Assembly: GCA_951406725.2 (NCBI GenBank)
Contig: OX597817.1
Location: forward strand, 169,012,001-169,076,000
Reading direction: 5' to 3'
Length of the DNA: 64,000 nucleotides
Source of the DNA: Octopus vulgaris
Taxonomy: Eukaryota
In this document: positions 49,057 to 61,450 of the stretch, piece by piece
Layout of the letters: the number at the start of each line of letters is the position of its first letter
Position numbering within the stretch: the first letter of the stretch is position 1
Position numbers and translations under genes: made by a program
Notes under the pieces: model-generated
Database searches by the model: none
Told to the model about the DNA's origin: nothing
Seen by the model: the letters and a program-made list of their open reading frames with translations, nothing else

Positions 49057-50540
49057 CACTGAACTGCAAAATAAATGCGATTTTTTCAAATATCATTTTT
49101 ATATGTTAAATTCTGAAAATTTATTTCGGGGGTGTAAGTGTAAATAATCCAAGACATGCTGGTTTATGGCTGAGACCCAAATTGCAGGTGACCTTTCAAC
49201 TTTCCCTGAAACGAAACGCCAAAGCACAGCTGCGTTGAATGCCATGAATGGCAGTCACAAACAATTCTCATGAAAACCGAAATGCACGTGCATCTTGTGG
49301 AGGTTATGGGTATAAAAATCAACTTGGACCGTGTTCCTGGCATTCGTAATTTGGACGCATCTGGTATGACCTGATTGTCAGCAGTGCAGAGAGAACAAGC
49401 TATCGGCCAATTGCAGGCAGGGCAGCATGCCCTGGTTGTTGCAAAAGCTTACAATGTCCATGTCAGCAGCATCTGTTGCTTGCAATAGTTATACAACAAC
49501 ACTGACAGCACTGCAGACCATGCCTGCAGAGGGCACCCCTAAGTGACCATGCTTAGGGAGGACCGCTTCATCCACTTGCAACACCTCTGTAATCGCTTCA
49601 GACCAGCCGGATGACAGCTTGCAAGACCATTGGCATTGGACAGCGACTACACGGTATGACATCAACTGGCCGCCAACAATCTGTGTTGCCGTCGTCCTAC
49701 TTGAGGGCCTGTCCTCACCACGTGCCACTGTCAGGCACAACTACAGTGGGCTACACAGCACTGACATTGGCGGCATCAACAGTGGAGGTCGATAGTCTTC
49801 TCTGATGAGAGTCAATACTGCGTTTCCACCTTGGCTGGCAGAGTGAGGGTGTGGTGTAGAAGAGGTGAACACTACAGAGATGCATGTGTCATGGAGAGAG
49901 ACATGTGGGGTGGCCAAAGCATTATGGTTTGGGATGCTATAGAACTGAATCAGAGAATTGGGTCCCATGTGTTCCAATATGTTGGTGCAAGGAGAGGGAA
50001 TGGCATCACAGTGCAGCTCTACATTGACCAGATCCCAAGACCTCATATTGTGCCCGTCTTTGCGTGTCACCATAGCCACTTATTCCAGCAGGGCAATGTT
50101 CCCTCCCACATGGCTAGGGTCACCATGGACTTCCTACGTCAGCACAACATCAGAACCATGCTGTGACTGGCTCTCAGCCCAGATTTGAACCCAATTGATC
50201 ACCTATGGGATGAAATCCAGAGGGGGCTGAACCAGGTGGTCCCTAGGCCGACAACTTGTGTGGAAATGGAGGCAGTTTTCTTCAGGGTTTGGGCACAAAT
50301 GCCAATGGCTTTTGTGAACCACCTCATGCACTCCATGTACCTTCGGTGTATGGCTGTTCTAAACACCCAGGGAGGGCATACACAGTATTGTACATATCAT
50401 GCCCTACAATCGCGATGTGCTGAATCCACCCACTATCAGAACACATGACAATGACCCATAGACTGAGGTCAAAGTGCATCCAAGAAACCGACATATTTCA
50501 CAGTCACACACGTCTCGCATGTTTCTTTTGCGGTTCAGTG
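49057..50540 (+). mobile_element. full-length but decayed Tc1-like transposon
   Basis: TA|cactgaactgcaaaataaa ... tttcttttgcggttcagtg|TA; transposase motifs IVFSDES, IMVW, FQQGNVPSH, SPDLNPIDHLWD, GGHTQY with in-frame stops and frameshifts. Confidence 0.9.
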
Positions 50541-50564
50541 TATTTCCTTATTTAGAACTCAATC

Positions 50565-50755
50565 TTTTTCTACTCTAGGCACAAGGCCCGAAATTTTGGG
50601 GGAGGGGGGCCAGTCGATTAGATCAACCCTAGTATGCAACTGGTACTTAATTTATCGACCCCAAAAGGATGAAAGGCAAAGTCGACCTTGGCGGAATTTG
50701 AACTCAGAAATACCACTAAGCATTTTGTCCAGCATGCTAACATTCCTGCCGCCTT
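50565..50755 (-). mobile_element. SINE family A variant
   Basis: Shared body with a different 3' tail. Confidence 0.75.
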
Positions 50756-50782
50756 TATTTAGAGCTCATTACTTCAAATAAT

Positions 50783-51445
50783 GTGAAGGCATGTGGCTTA
50801 GGGATTAGGGTATTCGGCTCATGATCATAAGGTTGTGTGTTCAATTCCTGGTGACATGTCGTGTCCTTCAGCAAGACACTTTAATTTTACATTGCTCCAG
50901 TCCACTCAGCTGGCAAAAATGAGTAGTACCAGTAATTCAAAGGGGCCAGCCTTGTCACAATCTGTGTCACTCTGAATCTTCCTGAGAACTATGTTAAGGG
51001 GACATATGTCTGTGGAGTACTCAGTCACTTGCATGTTAATTTCACGAGCAGGAGTGGCTGTGTGGTAAGTAGCTTGCTTACCAACCACATGGTTCTGGGT
51101 TCAGTCCCACTGCATGGCACCTTGGTTAAGTGTCTTCTACTATAGCCTCGGGCCAACCAAAGCCTTGTGAGTGGATTTGGTAGACAGAAACTGAAAGAAA
51201 CCCATCGTATATATGTATGTGTGTGTATGTATATGTTTGTGTGTCTGTGTTTCTCCCCCCAACATCGCTTGACAACCGATGGTGGTGTGTTTACGTCTCC
51301 GTAACTTAGTGGTTCGGCAAAAGAGACTGATAAAATAAGTACTAGGCTTCCGAAGAATAAGTCCTGGGGTCGATTTGCTCAACTAAAGGCGGTGCCCCAG
51401 CATGGCCGCAGTCAAATGACTGAAACAAGTTAAAGAGTAAAAGAG
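50783..51445 (+). mobile_element. family C-related SINE fused to a family B SINE (starts about 51047)
   Basis: ...aatttcacgagcagg runs directly into agtggctgtgtggtaag; further family B 3' halves follow to about 51860. Confidence 0.75.
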
Positions 51446-51624
51446 TATGCCTTTGTGTCTGTGTTTGTCACCCACTGCCACTTGACAACCAGTATTGGTG
51501 TATTTACATCCCCATAACTTAGCAGTTTGGCAAATGAGACCAATAGAATAAGTAACAGGCTTTAAAAAAAATGCAAGTCCTGGGGTCAATCTATTCAACT
51601 CAAAACCCTTCAAGACAGTGCCCG

Positions 51625-51670
<46 letters not shown>

Positions 51671-52251
51671 ATGTTTGTGTGTCTGTGTTTTTCACCCAAC
51701 ATCACTTGACAACCAATGGTGATCTGTTTATGTCTCCGTAACCTAGCGGTTCAGTAAAAGAGACCGATAGAATAAGTACTAGGCTTCCAAAGAATAAGTC
51801 CTGGGGTCGATTTGCTCAACTGAAGGCGGTGCCCCAGCATGGCCACAGTCAAATGACTGTTCCGTTGATCAGGTCAACTGGAACCCTTGCCGTCGTGACA
51901 AACACAGTTCCACTTACTCCAAATACAATACATGTCGTATAATTCCACTTCTAGCAAATCCCCTCCAACATCTGTCCTGTATACAGGAAGCAATGTTACT
52001 GGCATTATCTTATATGTTTATGCTGCTGGATTTTTACAGGCTATATATAACTATTGTATTAGGGAAGCTGTATGTTCTGATTGTAAGCTAGGTGCTGGCA
52101 TATTTAATTAGGTAAGCCATGAAATTTTAATTAATTAAAATTAGAGCATCTGTGGTGTGAACAATAATTATCTAAATTGGGCTAAACACTGGCGTGTGTA
52201 TATGTGTGTGTCTGTGTATATATAAATATATATGTGCTATGTATATACACG

Positions 52252-52282
<31 letters not shown>

Positions 52283-52295
52283 TTGTATACACATG

Positions 52296-52351
<56 letters not shown>

Positions 52352-52526
52352 GTGTGCTGATATCAAACAGTGAGAATGAGTCCTCCACACAGCGATGGTG
52401 GATAAATATCCTTTATTTGTGGATTAATAAAGCAACCAGTTGTTTCATGTTGAAAATATCTTCACAATTATTCAAGGGATCCACTTGGGAACATTGGTAA
52501 ATATCTCCACTTTCGATTATATATAT

Positions 52527-52618
<92 letters not shown>

Positions 52619-53983
52619 GTAAAAAGTGAAAAAACTACAGAAGGCTTGTTTTAAAAGGTTAAAAAATATATATTTGAGTCAATATGTCTGAAGAATATTA
52701 TAAATTTTTTTCTTACAATGACATAATTTAGAAGAAAGACCGGTTTCGCGTTTAGCTTTTCAAATTTCTTACGTCGTTATGTTTATGTTGAGTAGAGTTA
52801 TCATTATGTTTATGTTGAAGAGAGTTCTAAATAAGGGGAGGTAATGAGTGATTTCTTCCGGTGTAAGGGAGATAATTGCTTAAAATTTTTTGCCTTTCCC
52901 TTGGTGTGAATTTCTCTGTATCAGTATGTTGGAATGGTTAAGTCTGGGCTTGTACTTTTCAATGAAGAATAATACTTGCCCATGTTTTCACAGAAGAGTG
53001 GAAATAAAGGATACTTGTTTGATGGTGTCACCCATTTAAAACTGTTATGCAGTGACACAAAGACACACACGTGTGTGTGTGTGTGTATGTGTGTGTTTCC
53101 ATATACCAGATCCTACACAGAAGGCTATGTTTGACCTGGGAGTAAACTGGAAAACTCTATACCTACATTCAGTGGGATTGAACCAGAAACCATGTGGTTA
53201 GAAAGGAAACTTCTTAACCACACAGCCACAACTATATGTACACACCATTGTCATCATTTAAAGTCCACGTTCCATGCTGGCATGGGTTAGACAATTTCAC
53301 AAGATCCAATAGGTTTACATACTGCTGCAGTGTCTGTTTAGGCATGGTTTCTATGGTTGGGGGCCCTTCCTAATGCCAACCACTTTACAGTGTGCGCTGA
53401 TTGCTTTTCTCATGCCACTGGCACTAACACGTACATACAATCATACACACATACACATATGCGTCGTATTTATATATAGATTTATATACATATATACACA
53501 TACACACACATACATGTATAGGTGCATAAATTCACTCACATACATATCTATAGCATAGGTTAGATGTTTTGACAGAATCAAATGTGTCTGATGATTATGT
53601 CTTGCTCCATTTTCACAGTTTTGGCATAATTCATATGACTGACACTCTACCCACTTCATAAGAGTGCATCTAATGAGGTTGTCTTGCAACTTACAATACT
53701 AAAGAATCCCTTTGAATGAGAAGAAAGATAAGAGATAGGGTGGATGTTTTATGCAAAGTATTGAGAGGTTAAAGTATGATGGCAGGGCCTGGGGTGCATA
53801 CAGCAACATGGTTACTGTATGTTGTGGCTGTAGTGAATGTAGGAGATTAGAAGTAAGACACCTACCGAAAGGATGAAAGGCAAAAGCAAACTTGGTGGAA
53901 TTTAGAAACTTTAATAATAATAATCTTTTCTACTGGAAGCGCAAGACCCTGAATTTGGGGGAAAAGATTAAGTCGATTACTTC

Positions 53984-55500
53984 ATTGGTGCAAACCTGTC
54001 GGGTGATAATGTATCCTTTCACATGGCCCGTCCTGAAATGCTAAAAATAGTAGCTGCTTCCCCTCACCTTGATGAAGCCCTGACACATCCTGCACTCACA
54101 GCTTCCCCGATCAAAAAGGGTGCAATCTTCCCCCACCTCTGCACACATCACCTGCGCGTCCTTCTTCTTCTGGTCAGCTCCCAAATTCCAGTCAGCTCCC
54201 CAGTCACTGACGTCATCCCACATGCCACCCTGATCTTGAAGATCACATCCCCCCTGCTCCACATCAAAGCCCACCATCCAACTGGGCAGGCACCTTACAC
54301 ATCGAGATCTCTTTAAGCTAGCCACCTCATTCTCCTCCTCTCCACAGTCATCATCCGACAAAGCGACAATCCTGCTAAGGTCCAAAACGTGATGCGGCAT
54401 TCCATCCATGGAGACATTGTTTCTGGAATTGACCACTGTCACTGTTCTTCTGCTCCGTTGAGACTTACAGCAGGCCTTTGGTGGCTTAACCCAAACTTCT
54501 TCCCCTATTTTCATGCAGGTGGGTTCCTTCTCTTCCTTGTGGCACTCCAGCACTTTACTGGGATGCCTCAATTCATGTTTAAATACTGCTCTGTGTGGCA
54601 CAGATTCTTCAGCTTGTCCGGATTAGGGAGACATGTTATACCAGAAAACTGCCATGGCCTTGATTGTCCGATGGTGCCTCTCTATGATTCTGTTACCGCT
54701 TGACCTATACGCTGCTCTGAATAAGTGACGTACTTTCCACTGGTCGAGCATATCCCTCAACACTTCTGAATGAGACACTGCCCTGTTGTCCATTAACAGT
54801 TCTTCCACAGGACCTCTCTCTAAAAATATCCCATTCAAAATCTGCGCAATCTCGTCAGCAATGCTCATCCTTAACTCCCTCCAAATGGCTATCCAGCTCG
54901 GCCTGCCGTTGACCATGGAGAGATACATGGTAGTGACGGTAGGACATCTCATCCACAGCTAGTCTCTTCCAGTTGTGCTCTACCAAAACGTTTCCTTGCT
55001 CATGCCCATATGGAGCAGGGTCAATGGACTGGCACCTGTCCTAACTCCTGATCACTTTCTGGATGCTTCTCCTAGTGATGTCAGCATCAATCATCTTCGC
55101 AAGATACAGGGTCCTCTCCACACCCAAGTGATGCATAGCATGTAGTCTCAGTTCGGAGTCATCCAACCGACATGCTGCAGCTATCATTTTCTTTGCCTCC
55201 TCTGGCTCCACCAACCACGCCCTTTTCACTCTGGTCAGTGTGTCTGCTCTGTTTTTCTCTGAAGGCACAAAAGCCACATTCACCTTCAGTCCGAACTCGC
55301 CAATCAGCTCTCTTAGAACTCCTAGGTGGCGCTTCACCAACATCTCCACAGCACCTTTCATCCAAACTCTCCTCCCACTGGTGATCACCAATCCTACCCA
55401 GCCGAGTACAGTGGCCACATTCATCTGGATTTCGATTGAGCACAGCCCCCATTTCAGGGCCAAGTTCACCCCCTTCAACACGACAACATTGATGTGGTTT
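53984..55500 (-). mobile_element. Gypsy LTR-retrotransposon relic (RNase H, integrase, putative PPT and 3' LTR)
   Basis: RNase H FVPSEKNRADTLTR; integrase zinc finger LHAMHHLG; core GPVEELLMDN...SGNRIIERHHRTIK; polypurine gagcagggggga followed by TG at 54247. Confidence 0.85.
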
Positions 55501-55530
55501 TAAAGGACATTACGGCAGCGTTACTGGAAA

Positions 55531-55928
55531 TTAATAGTTATCGCCATACTTATATGGCAGTCTTATAAACATAAGACTAAAGCTGTCGCTTTAGAGAGAC
55601 TTAGTAATTTTAATATTTCTATTATTGAAAACAAGTGGATGTATTCCACTGAAACTAGGTAAATAGATTCTTCGAACAGGGACAGTCAGTAGCGACACCT
55701 GCTGGGTCTGACTACGCTGCATTGATAAAGGGCAAATACCCTGAAACATGTCTGCAGCTGTCTGACTGGCAGGATGAAGCGGCTGACCTCCCCTGTTCGA
55801 AGGTTTATAATGGACGCAGGTTGTGTGTCAAATAGCTAGCTTGAGGTGGTGGCCTCCTGGAGCTAATCAGCGACAGCTTTAGTCTTATATTTATAAGACT
55901 GCCATATAAGTATGGCGATAACTATTAA
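55531..55928 (+). mobile_element. fold-back PLE-type repeat (60-bp inverted arms)
   Basis: 55531-55590 is the reverse complement of 55869-55928 with one mismatch; followed by (TA)n. Confidence 0.8.
55716..55758 (+). ncRNA. minimal type I hammerhead ribozyme, U3:A8 core variant
   Basis: GCTGCA-TTGATAA-AGGG caaata CCCT-GAAA-CATG-TC-TGCAGC: perfect 6-bp stem I, 4-bp stem II, palindromic ACATGT stem III, GUC triplet. Confidence 0.72.
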
Positions 55929-55940
55929 TATATATATATA

Positions 55941-56451
55941 TCTATATATATAAAACTGTAGTTGTGTGAGTGTCTGTCCCTTCGATTTAGATTCCTAACT
56001 ACTCCCACATTTTGCGGTGCAGTTAAACTAAATTCGGGTATCTTATAGTCGTGATTCATATCGAGCCCGTCTGGGTATTAGCGCGTGTCTACAATGAGTC
56101 TACGATTTTAAAAATAATTTAACATCATTTTTTATTCCATTTTAATGCATAATTTTTCGTGTGTCGATGGCAGCGGAGTTGGCGTCTATGGTCACACCTG
56201 CACCTGTTTGCTTCTCCCCTTCTTCCCTCCCTCGTGAAGCTGTGGGGAAGGGAGTGTAAGGAAATCAACGTCGTAATGCGTTGTCAAGGAGACCAGCGTT
56301 CTTTTAGAACAACGACTTTATGGCTTGAAGACACCAAAACAGAAATGGCTAAGAAAGCCCGAATTGGCATCTATAAGGGAAGTAACTCTCTAAAAATGCT
56401 TATATAGTTATTTCCCTTACAAACCCAAGCAACGCCGGGCGATACTGCTAG
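55941..56451 (+). mobile_element. non-autonomous Helitron-like element
   Basis: A|TCTATATATATAAAA ... hairpin ... CTAG|T with no TSD. Confidence 0.82.
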
Positions 56452-56679
56452 TTTATCATAAGAGATAAATTGGATTCTTCCCGTGAAGCGTACTATAATG
56501 TAAGGGAGATAATTAACAACCAGAGTACCATATTACTTCCCTGGCATCCGTAGAGTTGCAAAATTGCTTTGTGAATCACAATTTTTAAATGTTGGCAAGC
56601 AAGGAAAGGACGAGGCAATCAGATAAAAGGAAAAGACAGTTTTATTGTTGTGATATGTGAAGTTATGTATTGGTATCTC

Positions 56680-57069
56680 TTTTCTCTTTTACTTGTTTCA
56701 GTCATTTGACTGCGGCCATGCTGGAGCACCGCCTTTAATCGAGCAACTCGACCCAGGGACTTATTCTTTTGTAAGCCCAGTACTTATTCTATCGGTCTCT
56801 TTTTGCCGAACCGCTAAGTAACGGAGACATAAACACACCAGCATCGGTTGTCAAGCAATGCTAGGGAGACAAACACATACACATACATACATATATATAT
56901 ATACGACAGGCTTCTTTCAGTTTCCGTCTACCAAATCCACTCACAAGGCATTGGTCGGCCCGGGGCTATAGCAGAAGACACTTGCCCAAGATGCCACGCA
57001 GTGGGACTGAACCCAGAACCATGTGGTTGGTGGTTAGCAAGCTACTTACCACACAGCCACTCCTGCGCC
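56680..57069 (-). mobile_element. SINE family B
   Basis: Homologous to the 15743 copy. Confidence 0.87.
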
Positions 57070-57719
57070 TATATATACATTTGTGTGCATTTTTATGTGT
57101 GTGTAATGTATACAAGTGCATGCATGTCTGAATTTGTACAGAAGTTCCTTTCACAGCCACATAATTAGTGACATGTTTAATAATTCATGCATTAGAAGAG
57201 CTAGTACCTAAGATCAATTATTGGTAGAAATTTTGTGTACATAATCATAATCTATCTATCCATCACTCCCTCCTTCCATCCATCCATACACATACTAATA
57301 TACATACATGCCACTTAACCCTTATACACATACATCCGTACATATACAAACATGGTATACACATACATGTGTACACACACACATATATGCATGTACACAC
57401 ATACATATAAACAGGCACATATACAAATATATGCATATACATACACACATATATACATCTACACCACATATACACACCTACACAACTGTACTAACATACT
57501 CAGATGTACATGCACGTGGATGTATGTTTACATACTCATACGCACATATATATATACATGTGTGCACAAATATATACATACACCCCCACCACTTACACAC
57601 ACACACATGTAAACACATAAGAGGGTGTACATCTGTATAAACATATTCCTATATATATTTTTATACATACATGCACACACACACACATACATGTATATAT
57701 ACACCTATACATACATATG

Positions 57720-58530
57720 CAGTACTGCGCAAAAGTCTTCGGTCATTTTAAATTATTGTAAATTTCTACTAATTGCCAACTTATGAGCAGATGTTTCACA
57801 TTGTTTTTCACAGATGAAATATTTGCCCTGTTGGTGTCATTTCCATACCTAATCGTTATATTTTTTAGTAGGGGTTCAGAATGAGATGGGAAGATGTGAG
57901 ACGACCACTAAAAATGGCCGTGCAAAAGTTTTTGGCCACCTCACATAAATCAATCAAGGCCAACCCCGCCTCAAATGGCTTCTGTGCCGGTGGCACATAT
58001 AAAGCACCATCCGAATGTGGCCGATGCCAGCACCGCCTCGACTGGCTTCTGTGCCAGTGGCACATAAAAAGCACCATCCGAACATGGCCGATGCCAGCAC
58101 CGCCCCGACTGGCTTCTGTGCCGGTGGCACATAAAAAAGCACCAACCGATCGTGGCCGATGCCAGACCCCTCTGGCATCTGTGCAGGTGGCACGTAAAAA
58201 GCACCCACTACACTCGTGGAGTGGTTGGTGTTAGGAAGGGCATCCAGCTGTAGAAACACTGCCAGATCAGACTGGAGCCTGGAGCAGCCCCTGGCTCCCC
58301 AGACCCCGGTCGAACCGTCCAACCCGTGCTAGCGCGGAAAACGGACGTTAAACGATGATGATGATGATGATGATGATACCGTGTTTTAAAACTGAAAAAA
58401 TGTCTGTCATGAAAGTTTATTACATAATGTTCATTTCAAGAAGTTACTGTACATTGTTAATATTTCATGTGGCTTCCCTTAGCTTGAATAATTGTTTCAA
58501 TGTGCCTGGGAAGAGATGTGTACAAATCCT
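57720..58530 (-). mobile_element. Tc1-like 3' relic interrupted by an RTE tail
   Basis: LYTSLPRHIETIIQAKGSHMKY* (Tc1 C-terminus); TIR-like cagtactgcgcaaaagt at 57720 with an inner repeat gtgcaaaagt at about 57920. Confidence 0.6.
57960..58377 (+). mobile_element. RTE 3'-tail fragment (about 4 repeat units)
   Basis: gtgccggtggcacataaaaagcacc repeated; (GAT)n tail. Confidence 0.85.
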
Positions 58531-58911
58531 TCACAGGTCTGAGATGAACTTTCTTTGTTGTTTCTCTAGTTGTAAATTTTGCTTCAGTTAAGAGATTTTT
58601 TCGGTTGGGTGCTTGACATCTGCTGTATTTTGAATCTGTTACTAATTTGTTCATTTTTAATGATTGTTGAAGAACTGGGAGATATTTTTTTGCAGTATTG
58701 ATGATTTTGCGATTTCTTGGGTTGTGGCTGAAGACAAAAGGAATGCCTAGGAGTTCCTTTTTATTTTTGTATTTGTTTTCCTCTGAGGTCCGTAGTTGGG
58801 GTGTTTTTTCTTTTGGTGTTTACTTTGTCAATCTAGTAGATTACTTTCGTTCTTTTAGAAATATTTTTAATGCTTGTAACCTTTTATCCCTTAATTCTGC
58901 ATCTATTACTA

Positions 58912-59165
58912 TCATTCATCATCATTGTTCGACCGTGGTCGAGACAATGGAATTTACCATGCTACGCCAGACTTTATGGTCCATCATGGCATTACGGAGG
59001 TCTTGTTGCTGGATGCCTGTATCTCTGGAGATTACATCAGGGTAGGAGAGTGTGCGCCCTCTGGTATCACATGTAGATGGCTTCCAGAGGAGAAGAGTAG
59101 AAATTACGTCTTTTTCAGCTCTACAACAATGTCCAGCAAAGTGGACTCTCCTACCTTTCACCTAT
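58912..59165 (-). mobile_element. RTE-like LINE 3' end
   Basis: RRVHFAGHCCR...LLLWKP...RGRTLSYPD...MMDHKVWR; (TGA)n tail. Confidence 0.75.
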
Positions 59166-59301
59166 TTCTATAGTGCAAATTCGGTATAGGGTATGTTTCT
59201 TTTGGTATGTGAGGCATGGGAGGAATGAAAGTTCAGATATTGGTGTATGTCTGTAGTTTTGTAGAAGAGATCTGTTTTTATGGTGGTATCTTCTTTAATT
59301 A

Positions 59302-59765
59302 CATTGACCTCCTGGAATCTGTCCAGAGACGTGCAACCAAACGCATACCCTCCATCAGACACCTACCATATTCTGAGCGCCTTGTTTCCCTGGGCATGGA
59401 TTCACTGAAGCTCCGGTGTCTGGCGACGGACTTGGTAAACACCCACAAAGTTATCAACCACCTCACCAACAACAAGACTGAACACCTTTTTGATCTCCAT
59501 GTGTCTAACACACGTGGACATGCCTACAAAGTCAGAAAACAACACAGCTCCCATGACTTTCGGAAACATTTTTTCACGCTCAGAGTTGCTGAAGCATGGA
59601 ATAAACTGCCTGCGTCAGTTGTTGACTGCCATGACACTGCATCCCTTAAGGCCCTCATGCTTTCCGAAATCCGCCGAAACTACACCTGATTATATATATA
59701 CTTTAGATGAGTTGTAGTGCACCTGAGCACTGTACACAATTACTATTATTAATATTATTATTATT
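59302..59765 (+). mobile_element. CR1-group LINE 3' end
   Basis: LESVQRRATK...YSERL...TRGH...FFTLRVAEAWNKLP; (ATT)n tail. Confidence 0.88.
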
Positions 59766-60269
59766 ATGTCTAAAAATGGTAATTCCTTTGTGTGTTGTTC
59801 CATAGTGAATTTTATTGAGGCATGTAAATGATTTAAAAGTGAGTGAAAGATTCCGAAGTCTTCTTGGTTTTTAGTCCAAAATATAAAATAGTCATCCAAA
59901 TACTACTTCAAATTGTCTTTTTACATAATTGGATAAATGTTTCTGTTGGTTAGCAATACAGTTTGACCTCTGAGAAGCCCGTTACAAGTTCGTATGTATT
60001 CATTTATAAGTTATTAGATCTGTTTATGAAAACTATACTAGGAAATGTATGAAAATTAGTTTTAAAAAACCGCAGAAGGCAAGCCTGAAATGTAATCTAC
60101 TATGAATTCCAATGGGGTTCTAAGTCTGATACAGAAGCATGTAATTTTCCTAAGTGATCTGCAAGAGTTGTTCCCCTTGATGCCAAAATTCTAGTAATTT
60201 ACGATAGCAGCCTGCGTAACAATATGCAACTGTTTCAGGCATGTTATCCATCATATTAGTAATTTTAAT

Positions 60270-60693
60270 GGCGATCTTTCGTCTCTAGTAGACCTTTCCG
60301 TCGATTTCCGTAAAAATATTTTTTTTTTTTACATATGGGCTTGCGGGAACTTTTGAAGTAATATACATACATATACACATACACCGAGTAAAAAATTTCA
60401 GTTATCTCTCTCTTTCACACATTACTCTGTCTCTTCACACACACTAACAGAAGCACTTCACTTACACAACATACTGTCTGTCTCCCACACACCCATCAAA
60501 CACACACACACACACGTGTACATCAATGCTTCCCCTGGACGGCAACTTCAAAAGAACTTCCCTCTTCATACAATCGTTTTCTCTTAGTCTCTTTCGCTCT
60601 CATTACTTCAAAAGTTCCCGCAAGCCCATATGTAAAAAAAAAAATTTTTTTACGGAAATCGACGGAAAGGTCTACTAGAGACGAAAGATTGCC
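60270..60693. mobile_element. MITE with about 93-bp near-perfect TIRs
   Basis: 60270-60362 is the reverse complement of 60602-60693; non-coding (CA)-rich interior. Confidence 0.85.
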
Positions 60694-61117
60694 ATTTTAA
60701 TTGCTCTTTGAATCTTATCGCTTGATTACATCAACTACACTTCAAAAGTTGATCAAACTACTGAAATCTATTACAATTAATGTAAACAGTATAGTAATGA
60801 AATTGACCTCGGTACTTGACTAGTATTGTATTGTCTTTTAGTAACTCTTTCAGAGTGCAAAGAAAATATATTCACCTAAAATTTCGTTTCTTTTCACTGT
60901 TGAAAGCAGTTTTATATACCAATCTATATTTTGTCATGTACTGCCTTCTGAGAGACATGCTGGGTTTACTGAAGCAACACGGCTTGCAGAAAATACCAAT
61001 TCTATTTTTGGGTAAATATTTAACATCATTACTGGAATAGTCATAAAATTTAATTTCCCAGCAAAAGGATTCGTGGCAGGATTTCAACTCAGAATGTAAA
61101 GGAATATTTCTAAATAT

Positions 61118-61335
61118 CTATTTCTTTACTACCCACAAGGAGCTAAACACAGAGGAGACAAACGGATTAAGTCAATTACATCGACCCCAGTGCGTAACTG
61201 GTACTTAATTTATCGACCCCGAAAGGACGAAAGGCAAAGTCGATCTCGGCGGAATTTAAACTCAGAACGTAACGGCAGACGAAATACCACTAAGCATTTC
61301 ACCCGGCGTGCTAATACTTCTGCTATCTCGCCGCC
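61118..61335 (-). mobile_element. SINE family A with 11-bp TSD
   Basis: ttctaaatatc on both sides. Confidence 0.83.
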
Positions 61336-61369
61336 TTCTAAATATCACAAGGCATTTTGTCTGATATAC

Positions 61370-61450
61370 TTGCTCCCTGACACCCAGCAAGGCTTCTGCT
61401 CAGGAAGAAGCTGCTTCACACAGCTTTTGTAGCATTATGACTGAGTGTTG
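61370..61450 (+). mobile_element. tiny LINE RT fragment
   Basis: LLPDTQQGFCSGRSCFTQLL matches the CR1-group QHGFRxGRSCxTQLL motif. Confidence 0.55.

Larger units (their letters stand above)
58550..59900 (-). mobile_element. Penelope-like RT/thumb relic split by two LINE insertions
   Basis: DDYFIFW...IKFTME...LPFLDI (59770-59900); IKTDLFYKTTDIHQYLNFHSSH...KRNIPY (59170-59300); IPFVFSHNP...APNRKNLLTEAKF (58550-58760). Confidence 0.82.
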
